Below, in pieces: positions 38,506-48,827 of a DNA stretch of 64,000 nt. Positions within the stretch are counted from its first letter, which is position 1; every line of letters begins with the position of its first letter. The position numbers and the translations under genes are program-made. Under the pieces are notes generated by a model. That model ran no database searches and had not been told where the DNA came from. It was given only the letters and a program-made list of their open reading frames with translations. Source of the stretch: an uncultured delta proteobacterium (GTDB lineage Bacteria > Desulfobacterota > BSN033 > UBA1163); contig CAWHBU010000003.1 in assembly GCA_963827685.1 (NCBI GenBank), positions 832,001 to 896,000 on the forward strand, given 5' to 3'.

Positions 38506-39597
38506 ATGGCTCAAAAGAAGAAGTTCATCGCGACCATTTTTATTTTCTCAACAGCGTTCCTCTTCACCCTCACCTCCTGTTCTAATCTTTTCGGAAGTAA
38601 GAAGGACGAGAAGATAGTAAAGCTACCTGAGGGAAGGACCGTAACCGTCGAAGGGATGGAGACGATAAAAGGCGTTAATCCACCGAAGTCGGAGACCCCC
38701 TCCACTAAAAAATCTCCCACGCCAATACCTCCTGCGATGAAAGAAACAGAAACCAAGGTCGCTTCCACTCCCTCCAGGCCTTTATATAGCCCCTCCGTTC
38801 CCATGTTCCAAATGGGGTTTAAGAAAAAGGTGGCCATCTTAGACTTCGAGAATAATACCAATTATAAAGAGGAAAAGATTGGAGAGGCCGTGGCTAAGAA
38901 GCTTTCTGATAAATTGGAGGCAACCCAGCGAGTGGTAACTTTGGATAAGACCGTTGTCTCGGAGATGTTCAATCGGGAGGGCATTAAATTCGAAACCCTT
39001 TCAGATCCTTCGGTGATAAAACGTGCTCGCCAATCCTTGGGAATCCAGGCATTTGCCCTGGGAACCGTGACGGATGTAAGCCTCCTTTCGGCTAAAGCCT
39101 CCGAAACCTCAGACGAGGAAGTTGCTTTTGCCACAACCAAAGTGGAGATCCGTCTCATCGATGCCTCTACCGGAAACCTGCTGAAAACCTTTATCGGGAG
39201 AAGCCCCATCTTCGGTGCCAAAGAGACGGGAGAAAATTGCCGGGGAAAGGCTGTGCTCAAAGCGATTGAGATCGGTCTGGATGACGTCTTGGATGGCTTT
39301 CTTCGACAGCTCGACCTCTTGGATTGGACCACCACCATCGCCAAGGTCGATGGAGAGAATATTTACCTGAATGCAGGCAAATTATCCGGCGTTCGCATTG
39401 GAGATACCTTAGAAGTCTTCGAACCCGGGAAGGAGATCTTTCATCCAACCACAAACCTCTCCCTCGGATGGACCACCGGCAAAACAAAGGGGACAGTAAG
39501 AGTCACCGACCTGTTCGGTGTGGATGCCGCTGTCGCAAAAATAGTTCAAGGCGCCGGGTTCAGTACCAATGATGTGGTCAAGTCCACAACGAGATAG
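38506..39597 (+). CDS. Lipoprotein, CsgG/FlgT-like
   Basis: Lipobox LTSC, KVAILDFEN and C-terminal IYLNAG..SGVRIGD. Confidence 0.72.
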   Translation: MAQKKKFIATIFIFSTAFLFTLTSCSNLFGSKKDEKIVKLPEGRTVTVEGMETIKGVNPPKSETPSTKKSPTPIPPAMKETETKVASTPSRPLYSPSVPMFQMGFKKKVAILDFENNTNYKEEKIGEAVAKKLSDKLEATQRVVTLDKTVVSEMFNREGIKFETLSDPSVIKRARQSLGIQAFALGTVTDVSLLSAKASETSDEEVAFATTKVEIRLIDASTGNLLKTFIGRSPIFGAKETGENCRGKAVLKAIEIGLDDVLDGFLRQLDLLDWTTTIAKVDGENIYLNAGKLSGVRIGDTLEVFEPGKEIFHPTTNLSLGWTTGKTKGTVRVTDLFGVDAAVAKIVQGAGFSTNDVVKSTTR

Positions 39598-40023
39598 TGT
39601 TTAAAATGATGTAAGAACTATCCTCCATGATCTGGATCATTCTCATCCTTCGGTTTTACGAAGTAAAGAAGACCAGCGGAAACGTGGAGCCTTCATTCGG
39701 ACCTACTTCAGTCTTGGTGGAAAACCTGCCTCATTCAACCCGATAAACAAAAAAACCTTACTTCAGGCTCAGCTAAAATCCGGAGCACTACGGTGGACCA
39801 GATCAAGAGGGGTTTATCCGTTTCTGCCAAGAAATAAGTCTTGCTTTTTCGGGGAGCTGTTTGATAAAGTAACCTCGTTTTTTTAAGGATGAGATCATCA
39901 TGGCCCTAAAGGTAACGCGAGGGGAGGAAGGAGGTGAGAGCTGCATAATGAGAGGAATTGGCCGCTATAGGACTTTAACCAAAAACGGGATGGACTCGTA
40001 CTATTAAAACCAAAGGAGGATCT

Positions 40024-41181
40024 ATGAAGAGAAGAATTCTTATCGTCGCATTTTTGTTGCTCTTGTGCCTTGTGGTAACTCATCAGCCCCCCACTGCAGA
40101 AGCAGCGGGGAAAGAACCATACAAAATTGGAGCGGTTCTTCCCCTAACCGGACCTGTTTCTTGGCTTGGAGGACTGGCCGATGAGGGGACTAAGTTAAAG
40201 GTGGAAATGATCAATAAGGCAGGGGGGGTCAATGGCCACCCTCTCAAACTCATCACCTATGATAGCCAATCTAAGCCTGAAGAGGCGAACATGGTGGCCC
40301 AGAGGTTGATCACACGGGATCAGGTTGTTGCTATCATTGGTGACGGTTCTGTTCCTATCGCGGCCCCGGTGTTTGCTTTGGGGAACCAGAAAAAGGTCCC
40401 GGTTCTCTTCGCCTGCGGTTATGCAATCGATACTCAGAAGGAGCCGTATTCTTTTAACCAGGCGCATCCGACCGAATTTGCGGCGGCGCGTCCGTTCAAG
40501 TACTTTAAGGAAAAAGGGATGACCAAGGTTGCCTTTCTGATGGTTGTGGGGTCGTTGGGTGAACTGGGCAGCAGGATTGGGAACAAAGTGGCAAAGGAGT
40601 ATGGTATCACAGTGGTGGGCGAGGAGAAATTTGAAGCGCAAGCAACAGATGTAACGCCACAACTGACAAAACTGCGAGGGTTAAAACCGGATGTGATCTT
40701 TTCATTTTCAACGGGCGAGCCGGCTGCCATGATCGCCCGCAACATGGCACAGGTTAATATGACTATTCCTCTGCTCGTCAGTCACGGCAATGCGTCGCCG
40801 GGGTTTCTGAAGATGGTTGGCGACCTGCCGACGATGGTCATTGTGCCTTCGGGAAAAATCACTGTGGTGGATCAGGTTCCTGACACCGATCCGGCGAAAA
40901 AGGTGTTGCAGGCATTTAACAAGCTGTATATGGAGCGGTTCAAAGCCCCTGCTACGTATTATGCTGGTCAGTCGGCAGATGGAGTGGCCCTGATCGCCGA
41001 GGCCTTGAGGATCGCCAAGTCAGGTGATCCGGTAAAAGTACGTGATGCCCTGGAGGGAATCAAAAATTTTGTCGGGAATAATGGCGTCTTTAACATGTCT
41101 CCAAAGGATCACCAGGGTACTCGCCTGGAGGATATGGTCAACGTGACCATCAAGAATGGAAAGTGGCAACTGTTGCAATAA
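40024..41181 (+). CDS. LIV-type ABC transporter substrate-binding protein
   Basis: KIGAVLPLTG and INKAGGVNG; signal peptide. Confidence 0.9.
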   Translation: MKRRILIVAFLLLLCLVVTHQPPTAEAAGKEPYKIGAVLPLTGPVSWLGGLADEGTKLKVEMINKAGGVNGHPLKLITYDSQSKPEEANMVAQRLITRDQVVAIIGDGSVPIAAPVFALGNQKKVPVLFACGYAIDTQKEPYSFNQAHPTEFAAARPFKYFKEKGMTKVAFLMVVGSLGELGSRIGNKVAKEYGITVVGEEKFEAQATDVTPQLTKLRGLKPDVIFSFSTGEPAAMIARNMAQVNMTIPLLVSHGNASPGFLKMVGDLPTMVIVPSGKITVVDQVPDTDPAKKVLQAFNKLYMERFKAPATYYAGQSADGVALIAEALRIAKSGDPVKVRDALEGIKNFVGNNGVFNMSPKDHQGTRLEDMVNVTIKNGKWQLLQ

Positions 41182-41343
41182 CTCTAAAGTGTGATAGGCC
41201 CAGGATGCCTCAGATTCTAGACGCAAGGGTAACCTGCTCTGCCGAGTAAGACCTTGAATCCCTGCCAATGCATGAAATGTGCGGCATTCTGGGCGTTCTT
41301 TTGTATATGAAAAAGAGCTGCTTGTATCCGTGGAGGACTGGCT

Positions 41344-42222
41344 TTGATTGACCGATCGGTTCTTTTACAGTTTCTGTTTAGCGGTATTACACTGGGGAGC
41401 GTCTATGCGCTGATCGCCATTAGCCTCGTGATTGTCTACAACGTCTCCCGGGTCCTCTGTTTTGCACAGGGTGAATTTTTCGTGTTCGGGGCCCTGACCA
41501 TGATTGCCCTGACTGCTTTGGGTATACCGATGTCGATTGGGTTCATCCTCACCATCGTCCTCGTCTCGGGACTTGGAGTGGTCATTGAAAGATTGTTGAT
41601 TAGGCCCGTGCAAAATTCTTCCGTTGGAACGGTGATCACCATGACAGTAGCGATTTCGCTGTGCCTGCGGGGTTTAGGGCTGCTCATCTGGGGGAGAGAA
41701 GCTCACACATTACCTGCTTTTACAAAGAGTAAAGCACTGGGCATTTTCGGGGCCTACCTCTCGGTACAGGTGCTCTGGATTATTGGTGCCGCGGCGATCG
41801 TTCTGCTGATCATCTGGTTGTTTTTCGAAAAGACACTTTTAGGATTGTCTATGAGGGCTTGTGCTGAGAATCGTTTAGGCGCCAGCCTGGTTGGGATCAG
41901 TGTCTGGAAAACCACGCTCTTTGCGTGGGCCTGGGGTGCCGCACTGGGCGCTTTAGCGGGTATGGTCATAGCCCCCTTGATATTTGTGCGGTACATCAGT
42001 GGGACCATGCCCATGTTAAAGGGGTTCACGGCAATAGCCATTGGCGGACTAACGACGGTCGGATCAGTCATGGCCGGGTTGCTGCTGGGGATTATGGAGG
42101 CGTACACCGTGGGTCTGATCTCATCAGAGTTCGCAGACGCAATCGTTTTCTCTGTTTTGATCCTTGTACTGCTTGGCCGGTCTTACGGCCTATTAGGAAG
42201 AACTGAGGATGGTGGAATGTGA
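41344..42222 (+). CDS. livH: LIV-type ABC permease (LivH-like)
   Basis: GSVYALIA, FAQGEF and GLSMRACAEN. Confidence 0.85.
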   Translation: MIDRSVLLQFLFSGITLGSVYALIAISLVIVYNVSRVLCFAQGEFFVFGALTMIALTALGIPMSIGFILTIVLVSGLGVVIERLLIRPVQNSSVGTVITMTVAISLCLRGLGLLIWGREAHTLPAFTKSKALGIFGAYLSVQVLWIIGAAAIVLLIIWLFFEKTLLGLSMRACAENRLGASLVGISVWKTTLFAWAWGAALGALAGMVIAPLIFVRYISGTMPMLKGFTAIAIGGLTTVGSVMAGLLLGIMEAYTVGLISSEFADAIVFSVLILVLLGRSYGLLGRTEDGGM

Positions 42223-43205
42223 AAGTGAAAAGGAATTTATGGTGGCTGGCCCTTTTGCTTTTCATCGCCCTGTTCCCTGCTACAGTGGGGAGGATCAGCC
42301 CTTACTACAATACTGTTTTGATCCTCGTGGGCATTTACGTGATTCTGGCCGTGAGCCTTGATTTACTCATTGGATTTGCCGGTCAGATATCAGTAGGTCA
42401 TGCGGCTTTTTTTGCTCTGGGAGCGTATACTTCGGGTATTTTGACTGCCAAGCATAGTATCTCTCCCTCCATCGCTCTCCTTGGTGGTCTTTTCGTAAGT
42501 GGGCTTGTCGCATGGGGAATAGGGCGAGCGGTGTTGAGGCTCAAGGGTTATTATTTGGCAATGGCCACGCTGGGTTTGAATGCGGTTGTCGTCAAACTCA
42601 TTACAGGCTTTGCCTCCATCACTGGAGGCGCTTCCGGCCTTCTTAATATTCCCCCGTTCCAGATTTTTGGTTTGACGCTTCAAGATCACACTTATTATTA
42701 CTATTTCGTATGGGGGATTGTGATTCTCGTGATTACCTGTTGCCTGGCACTGACCAAATCCCCCTTTGGCAGTACACTGATTGCTATCCATTCTGATGAA
42801 GAGGCGGCCAGCACACTCGGTATAGACTGCCCAAAGTACAAATTGCATGTTTTTGTGATTTCCAGCATGCTTGCAGGGGTGGCTGGGTCTCTCTTCGCAC
42901 ACTTCATGGGATTTATTGCACCGGACGATTTTGATATTTTTACCTCTATCCTGATTTTGGTGATGCTTTTCTTGGGAGGCGTTGGGACCATTTACGGAGC
43001 TGCTCTTGGAGCTGCCTTTCTTAAACTCCTCCCTGAGGTAACGTATCGATTTCAGACTTATGAGCTGTTTTTCCACGGATTGATATTGATTCTGGTACTG
43101 ATCTTCATGCCAAAGGGGCTGCTGGGTATTCTAACAAACGTAAAGAATCGGTTGCTGGGATCCGAGTACCTATCGAATCCTCCTTCTTTGGGAACGGATC
43201 GATAA
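42219..43205 (+). CDS. livM: LIV-type ABC permease (LivM-like)
   Basis: GQISVGHAAFF and LKGYYLAMATL. Confidence 0.85.
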   Translation: MKVKRNLWWLALLLFIALFPATVGRISPYYNTVLILVGIYVILAVSLDLLIGFAGQISVGHAAFFALGAYTSGILTAKHSISPSIALLGGLFVSGLVAWGIGRAVLRLKGYYLAMATLGLNAVVVKLITGFASITGGASGLLNIPPFQIFGLTLQDHTYYYYFVWGIVILVITCCLALTKSPFGSTLIAIHSDEEAASTLGIDCPKYKLHVFVISSMLAGVAGSLFAHFMGFIAPDDFDIFTSILILVMLFLGGVGTIYGAALGAAFLKLLPEVTYRFQTYELFFHGLILILVLIFMPKGLLGILTNVKNRLLGSEYLSNPPSLGTDR

Positions 43206-43239
43206 AGGTCTTGAGGATCGGGTTTAGGAGTGCGTCAGA

Positions 43240-44079
43240 ATGCACGATGAGGCATACGAAAATAACCGATTGCATGGAAAGCATTTACTTTGGGTAGACA
43301 ATATAACCAAAAGCTTCTCAGGCCTGACGGCGCTCCTCGATGTCAGTTTTGGGATTGAGCGCGGTCACATCAAGGCCTTAATCGGGCCAAATGGGGCAGG
43401 AAAGACAACGCTTCTTAATGTCATCAGCGGTATTCTCTCTCCGGATAGCGGTCACGTGTATTACCGAGGAAAGGACCTCTCGAGATTGAGACCACATGAG
43501 ATTGCTGCCCAGGGTCTTTCCCGGACCTTTCAACTCGTTCGCCTGTTTAGGGCCAACAACGCGAAGGTTCTGGATAACCTGATGATAGGCGCTCATTTGA
43601 AATTGAAGCCCTCGTTTGCGAAGTCCCTTTTTTTGAGGGGTACAATACATCATCAAGATCGTGTTATGCGGGAAACCGCCTATGAAAAGCTCAGATTTGT
43701 GGGGTTGGAACGGGCAGTGGGTGATACCTCACCCTCTAACTTGCCTTTTGGGAACCAGCGGTTGCTTGAAATTGCGCGGGCACTGATGGCAGAACCTGAA
43801 ATGCTGTTACTCGACGAGCCGGCCTCTGGGCTGAATGACGCCGAGGTAGAGGATTTTAAAAAACTTCTCCTGGCCGTGAAAGAGAAAGGGATGACAATTC
43901 TGCTGGTTGAACACAACATGAAGCTCGTCATGGACGTAGCCGATGAAATTGTAGTCCTCAATTTTGGCCGGAAGTTGGCAGAGGGAAATTGCGATGAAAT
44001 ATCCTGTAACCGGAAAGTGATCGAAGCGTATCTTGGCTCTGGTTACGTGAACGTAGCTGGAGGGAATCATTCGGGATGA
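43240..44079 (+). CDS. livG: LIV-type ABC ATPase (LivG-like)
   Basis: GPNGAGKTT, LLLDEPASG and VEHNM. Confidence 0.88.
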   Translation: MHDEAYENNRLHGKHLLWVDNITKSFSGLTALLDVSFGIERGHIKALIGPNGAGKTTLLNVISGILSPDSGHVYYRGKDLSRLRPHEIAAQGLSRTFQLVRLFRANNAKVLDNLMIGAHLKLKPSFAKSLFLRGTIHHQDRVMRETAYEKLRFVGLERAVGDTSPSNLPFGNQRLLEIARALMAEPEMLLLDEPASGLNDAEVEDFKKLLLAVKEKGMTILLVEHNMKLVMDVADEIVVLNFGRKLAEGNCDEISCNRKVIEAYLGSGYVNVAGGNHSG

Positions 44080-44786
44080 TGCTTCGGGTCAACGATCTCC
44101 ATGCCGCATACGGGGATATCGGAGTGCTTAAAGGGATAACCATCGAAATTTGCACAGGCGAGATTGTCTGTCTATTAGGGGCAAACGGGGGCGGAAAGTC
44201 AACTCTGTTGAAGGTGATATCGGGTGTTCTTCACCCACTCCAGGGGAATGTGTTGTTCCAAGACCAGGAGATCACCCGATACAGTCCTCATAAGATCGTG
44301 CGAATGGGTCTCAGCCATGTTCCAGAGGGGAGGCAGATTTTTTCGCGCCTGACGGTTATGCAAAACCTGCTCCTGGGCGGTTACCCCCGGAAAAGCAAAA
44401 AGGCTGAGGCGCAAGAGCTTTTCGACTTCATTTTCAACCTCTTTCCCATCCTAAAGGAGAGATTGAAACAAAAGGCAGGCACGCTCTCCGGTGGGGAGCA
44501 GCAGATGCTTGCTATTTCAAGAAGCCTCATGTCTCGACCCAGGCTGTTGCTCCTTGACGAACCATCCCTTGGGTTGGCTCCATTGATTGTGGAGGAAATA
44601 TTCAGAGTGATCAAGGATCTTCGTTCGCGCGGTATCTCGATACTCCTGGTCGAACAGAATGTGATAGGGGCTCTCAAGATTGCTGACCGGGGCTATATCA
44701 TGGAGATCGGAAAAATTGCAACCCATGGGAAGGCCGCGGATATGCGAGGAGATGACGAAGTCCGAAGAAGATACCTCGGGAAATAA
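44076..44786 (+). CDS. livF: LIV-type ABC ATPase (LivF-like)
   Basis: GANGGGKST, VPEGR and LSGGEQQM. Confidence 0.88.
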   Translation: MMLRVNDLHAAYGDIGVLKGITIEICTGEIVCLLGANGGGKSTLLKVISGVLHPLQGNVLFQDQEITRYSPHKIVRMGLSHVPEGRQIFSRLTVMQNLLLGGYPRKSKKAEAQELFDFIFNLFPILKERLKQKAGTLSGGEQQMLAISRSLMSRPRLLLLDEPSLGLAPLIVEEIFRVIKDLRSRGISILLVEQNVIGALKIADRGYIMEIGKIATHGKAADMRGDDEVRRRYLGK

Positions 44787-44848
44787 CCGGAAGAGAGCCA
44801 GCACCCACTTCGGGAAACTTCAACTCAGCCCGAGAGGAGGATTCAACC

Positions 44849-45523
44849 ATGTTTTACGAAGCGAAAAAAAACAATCACGGACTGGCACACGATCCTTTTA
44901 AATCCTGTGTGGTACCCCGGCCGATCGGGTGGATCTCTACTGTGGGGGCCGATGGGGTGGCCAACCTCGCTCCCTACAGCCAGTTCCAGAATCTCACCTT
45001 CGATCCCCCCTATGTCATGTTCGCAGCAAACCAGACACCCAACGGTCGTCGCAAGGATAGCGTGGTCAACGCCGAACAGAGCGGGGAGTTCGTCTACAAC
45101 ATGGCGACCTATGACCTGAAAGAGGCAATCAATCTGTCTGCTCAACAGGTGCCCCCCGAGGTCGACGAGTTTGAACTGGCGGGTGTCACCAAGGCTCCTT
45201 CAAAGCTCGTGAAAGCTCCCCGTGTGGCGGAATCACCTATCCATTTTGAATGCCGTTATCACCAGACGATTCGATTGCCCGGTAACGGCACGATGGGCAC
45301 GGTGGACATCGTTGTCGGCCAGGTCATTGGCATTCACATCAAAGACGAGTTTATCCAACCGGACGGCAAGCTAAATATTCTCAAGATCCGGCCGTTAGCG
45401 CGTCTGGGCTACTACGACTACACCAGCATAGAGTCCGTCTTTGAAATGGTCATTCCAGGCCCGGATGAGAAGCTTCGTTCAGGGATGGAAGGGAAAAAGG
45501 AGACCACAGGGTCGAAGGATTGA
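44849..45523 (+). CDS. Flavin reductase family (DIM6/NTAB) protein
   Basis: VVPRPIGWIST, NLAPYS, KDS..N and PLARLG. Confidence 0.88.
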   Translation: MFYEAKKNNHGLAHDPFKSCVVPRPIGWISTVGADGVANLAPYSQFQNLTFDPPYVMFAANQTPNGRRKDSVVNAEQSGEFVYNMATYDLKEAINLSAQQVPPEVDEFELAGVTKAPSKLVKAPRVAESPIHFECRYHQTIRLPGNGTMGTVDIVVGQVIGIHIKDEFIQPDGKLNILKIRPLARLGYYDYTSIESVFEMVIPGPDEKLRSGMEGKKETTGSKD

Positions 45524-45736
45524 AACCCTGAGCCATATACGGTATATCTCAACGGTAAAGGAGAGGTGGGAGATAGTTTGTCATTTGAGAACTATTAAGA
45601 ACATAACAGGCAGAGACTTCGCCTTTGAGACAGAGCCCGGAAACCACGCCAACTAAAAGGAGCCAAGGATGCGTCTTCCTAAATTTGAGTATTTGGAACC
45701 GAGGACTCTCAAAGAGGCGGCCAATGCCCTTGCCTC

Positions 45737-46140
45737 AGACAGGAAAGGTGAAAGTTTTAAAGATGGTGGCAAGCCATGATTGCGGCAAGGCCATCAATCC
45801 CATGCTGGTAGAAGGTCAACTGGAAGGTTCCGTCGTTGGAGGGATGGGCCAAGCGCTCTATGAAGAAGTGATCACAGAGAAAGGGCAGGCTCTGAATCCC
45901 TCCTTCCTGGATTATGGCATCCCAACTGCCATGGAGATCCCTTCCATTACTTCTGTGGAGGTCGAGACAAACGATCCTGAAGGTCCTTTCGGTGCCAAAG
46001 AATCAGGAGAGGGAACCCGGTTGGCCCCTGCGCCGGCAATTATCAATGCCATTTATGATGCCATCGGAGTGAGATTTAAAACCCTCCCGGTCACACCTGA
46101 AAAGATTCTCCAGGCCCTCGATGAGAAGGAGAAAGAGTAG
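45737..46140 (+). pseudogene. C-terminal fragment of a xanthine-dehydrogenase-family Mo-binding subunit (HcrA-like)
   Basis: HDCGKAINPMLVEGQLEG, NPSFLDY and GPFGAKESGE; only ~135 aa with no credible N-terminus or partner subunits. Confidence 0.75.
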
Positions 46141-46545
46141 TCGGTGTCATATCCATGTCGGTTTCAATTCAAGTTCTACCACTTTCTCATCGGTCTGCCA
46201 TGGGAAAAATTCTCCCCAAATGTGATGCCTCAGTTAACTGGGGCGATGGTTTGGTAGGGGTCTGAGGGAGTACTCCCAAACCCATCTTCTTTGACAGCTC
46301 CTTCTAGAACATGAACTCTGATTTGCTTTCGTATAGGGGCTCAATCGCTTTCTATCTCACTATAAGATACGGAAGTCCGGGGCATACATGGGGATATTTC
46401 ATGGTTATCACGGAAAATAGACGCTTCCGTCCCTCAAAAAATGCTTGACAATATCTTTTCATGCAAATGATAATAGAGACTCCAATTCGTATTTTGGATG
46501 AAAACATCCAAAATTTTCAGACATTCAACTTTAGGAGGTGGGAAG

Positions 46546-47733
46546 ATGAAAGAGCTTTCAATTATTTTTGCCGTGGCGTTTCTATCAACTTTTCTTACGG
46601 CCAATCTCTTCGCACAAGATGTCAAGTTTAGCATTCCCCTTCCACTGACAGGGACGAATGCAAAATTTGGCGAAATAGAGAAGAGGTCTTATGAGATTGC
46701 CATGGAAGAGATCAACGCCAAAGGAGGTATCAAAGGCAAAAAAATTGTCCTGGAGTTCGAAGATTCTCAGGGCAAACCAGAGGTATCGCGGTCTATCGCA
46801 GAGAAGTTGATTGATGTGAAGAAGCAGCCTGTTATTTTCGGGGAGTACAGTTCCTCCTGCTCAAAGGCGATTGCACCCGTGGCAGAGGAGAGGAAAATTC
46901 CTTATATGGTGGTGACCGGGGCGACCGATGACATCACCCAGCAGAAGTATAAATATGTTTTCCGAATGAATCCCACGAACGCCTATTACGCCAGTGGGTT
47001 GCTTTCTTTCTTTAAAGAGGTCGTCAAACCCACATCGATTGCTGTTCTTTACGAAAGTTCAGATTTTGGCACCTCCGGTGCAGAAGACATGGTGAAACAG
47101 GCTGAAAAATTCCCGATGAAAGTCCTGGTGAAAGAAAAGTATGAGAAGGGAGCCGTCGATTTTAAGCCCATCCTTTCGAAGGTGAAAGCGGAAAGGCCCG
47201 ATGTCATTTATATGGTCTCTTATGTCATGGATGCAGCTCTTCTGATGAAACAGATCAAGGAACTCCGGATTGACGCAAAACTCTTTGCAGGGGGTGCTGC
47301 AGGTTTTGCCATCCCGGAATTTATAGACAATGCCAAAGAGGCCTCTGAATATGTCGTCTCAGCCACACTCTGGAGCCCCCAGGTCGCTTATCTTGGAGCA
47401 AAGGAATTTGCAGAAAAGTATAAGAAACTCTATAAAGACTACCCCTCCTATCACGGGGCCGAGGCTTATTCGGCGCTTTACATCATCAGGGACGTTCTGA
47501 ATAGGGCCAAGTCTATGACCCCCGATGATATTCGTGTTGCGATGAAGGCGACGAATATGATGACTGCCTTTGGCCCGATTAAATTCGACGATAAAGAGGG
47601 TTATACCAATCAGAACTTCATGGATACTTTGGTGATGCAGGTCATCAACGGCCAGCATGAGACTATCTGGCCACAAAAGTATGCAAGCAAGAAATATATC
47701 TTCCCTATTCCAAGATGGAGAGATAGGAAATAA
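46546..47733 (+). CDS. LIV-type ABC substrate-binding protein
   Basis: PLPLTG and INAKGGIKG; ATG 46546 follows AGGAGG. Confidence 0.9.
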   Translation: MKELSIIFAVAFLSTFLTANLFAQDVKFSIPLPLTGTNAKFGEIEKRSYEIAMEEINAKGGIKGKKIVLEFEDSQGKPEVSRSIAEKLIDVKKQPVIFGEYSSSCSKAIAPVAEERKIPYMVVTGATDDITQQKYKYVFRMNPTNAYYASGLLSFFKEVVKPTSIAVLYESSDFGTSGAEDMVKQAEKFPMKVLVKEKYEKGAVDFKPILSKVKAERPDVIYMVSYVMDAALLMKQIKELRIDAKLFAGGAAGFAIPEFIDNAKEASEYVVSATLWSPQVAYLGAKEFAEKYKKLYKDYPSYHGAEAYSALYIIRDVLNRAKSMTPDDIRVAMKATNMMTAFGPIKFDDKEGYTNQNFMDTLVMQVINGQHETIWPQKYASKKYIFPIPRWRDRK

Positions 47734-47740
47734 TCAAGCA

Positions 47741-47890
47741 ATTTCAAATGTCAAAGCTCAAGGTTCAAAAGACTTCCAAAGTTCAAAATGGAAAACGTAC
47801 AGCCTTAGGTCTGCTTGCTGAAAAGAAAAATGTTTTGCCATTTGTCATTTGAGCTTCATTTGACATTTGGATTTTGAAATTTGGATTTGA
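47741..47890. repeat. Empty TCAAA/TTTGA heptamer hairpin element
   Basis: atttcaaatgtcaaagctcaaggttcaaa ... catttgtcatttgagcttcatttgacatttggattttgaaatttggatttga. Confidence 0.78.
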
Positions 47891-47900
47891 GAATTCTCAT

Positions 47901-48827
47901 ATGGCTGTCCAGATTGAACTCTTTTTACAGACCCTGATCGCTGGAATATTGCTCGGCGGTCTGTATGCTCTCATCGGTATCGGAATGACCCTCATCATGG
48001 GCGTGATGAAGATCATCAATCTCGCCCATGGCGAGCTCATGATGGTGGGCATGTATATCGCCTTCTGGCTCTTTACTCTCCTCCATATCGATCCCTACAT
48101 TTCCGTATTTGTTGCCGCCCCGGCGTTATTCTTTCTGGGGGTCGCCTTACAGAAGTTTCTCATCAATCCTGTATTAAGGGTGGAATCAATCCTGCCCGAG
48201 AATCAGGTGATCCTCACTGTTGGCATCGGAATGGTTTTGGCCAATTTGGCGACTATTTTCTTCACGTCCAATTACCGTTCGACACCGGTCGACTACGCCA
48301 CGAAGGCTTTCTATCTGACCGACTTTTGGAAAAACGCTCCCATTGAACTCTCTCTCTCGATGGCATGGTCCTTGTCTTTTTTGATTGCTGTGTTCATCAC
48401 CGTGATGCTCTGGTTTTTTCTAACCCGAACGGATACGGGGAAATCGATCCGGGCAACCGCACAGGATCTCGATGCCGCACTCCTCATGGGCGTGAACGTA
48501 AGAAAGATGAGAGTGGTGACCTTTGGTATTGGATGTGCCCTGGTGGGGGCAGCAGGTTGTCTTTTCCTTCCTATTTACTATTTGTTTCCATCCCTGGGAG
48601 GACAATTCACCTTGATCGCCTTTGTCATCACCATTCTCGGTGGACTCGGCTCCACCAATGGAGCGATCATCGGAGGAATCATTCTTGGAATCTTTGAGTC
48701 GATGACCGCTACCTATGTAGGCATGGGATGGGCTCCTGTGGGTAGGTTTCTCATCTTCGTAGCAGCGCTGATCTTTCTGCCAGGGGGGGTCGCCTCTCTG
48801 TTACGAAGTAAAAAGCTGGGAAAATGA
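47901..48827 (+). CDS. livH: LIV-type ABC permease (LivH-like)
   Basis: GGLYALIG, INLAHGE and GKSIRATAQD; the ORF-track extension lies in the repeat. Confidence 0.85.
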   Translation: MAVQIELFLQTLIAGILLGGLYALIGIGMTLIMGVMKIINLAHGELMMVGMYIAFWLFTLLHIDPYISVFVAAPALFFLGVALQKFLINPVLRVESILPENQVILTVGIGMVLANLATIFFTSNYRSTPVDYATKAFYLTDFWKNAPIELSLSMAWSLSFLIAVFITVMLWFFLTRTDTGKSIRATAQDLDAALLMGVNVRKMRVVTFGIGCALVGAAGCLFLPIYYLFPSLGGQFTLIAFVITILGGLGSTNGAIIGGIILGIFESMTATYVGMGWAPVGRFLIFVAALIFLPGGVASLLRSKKLGK

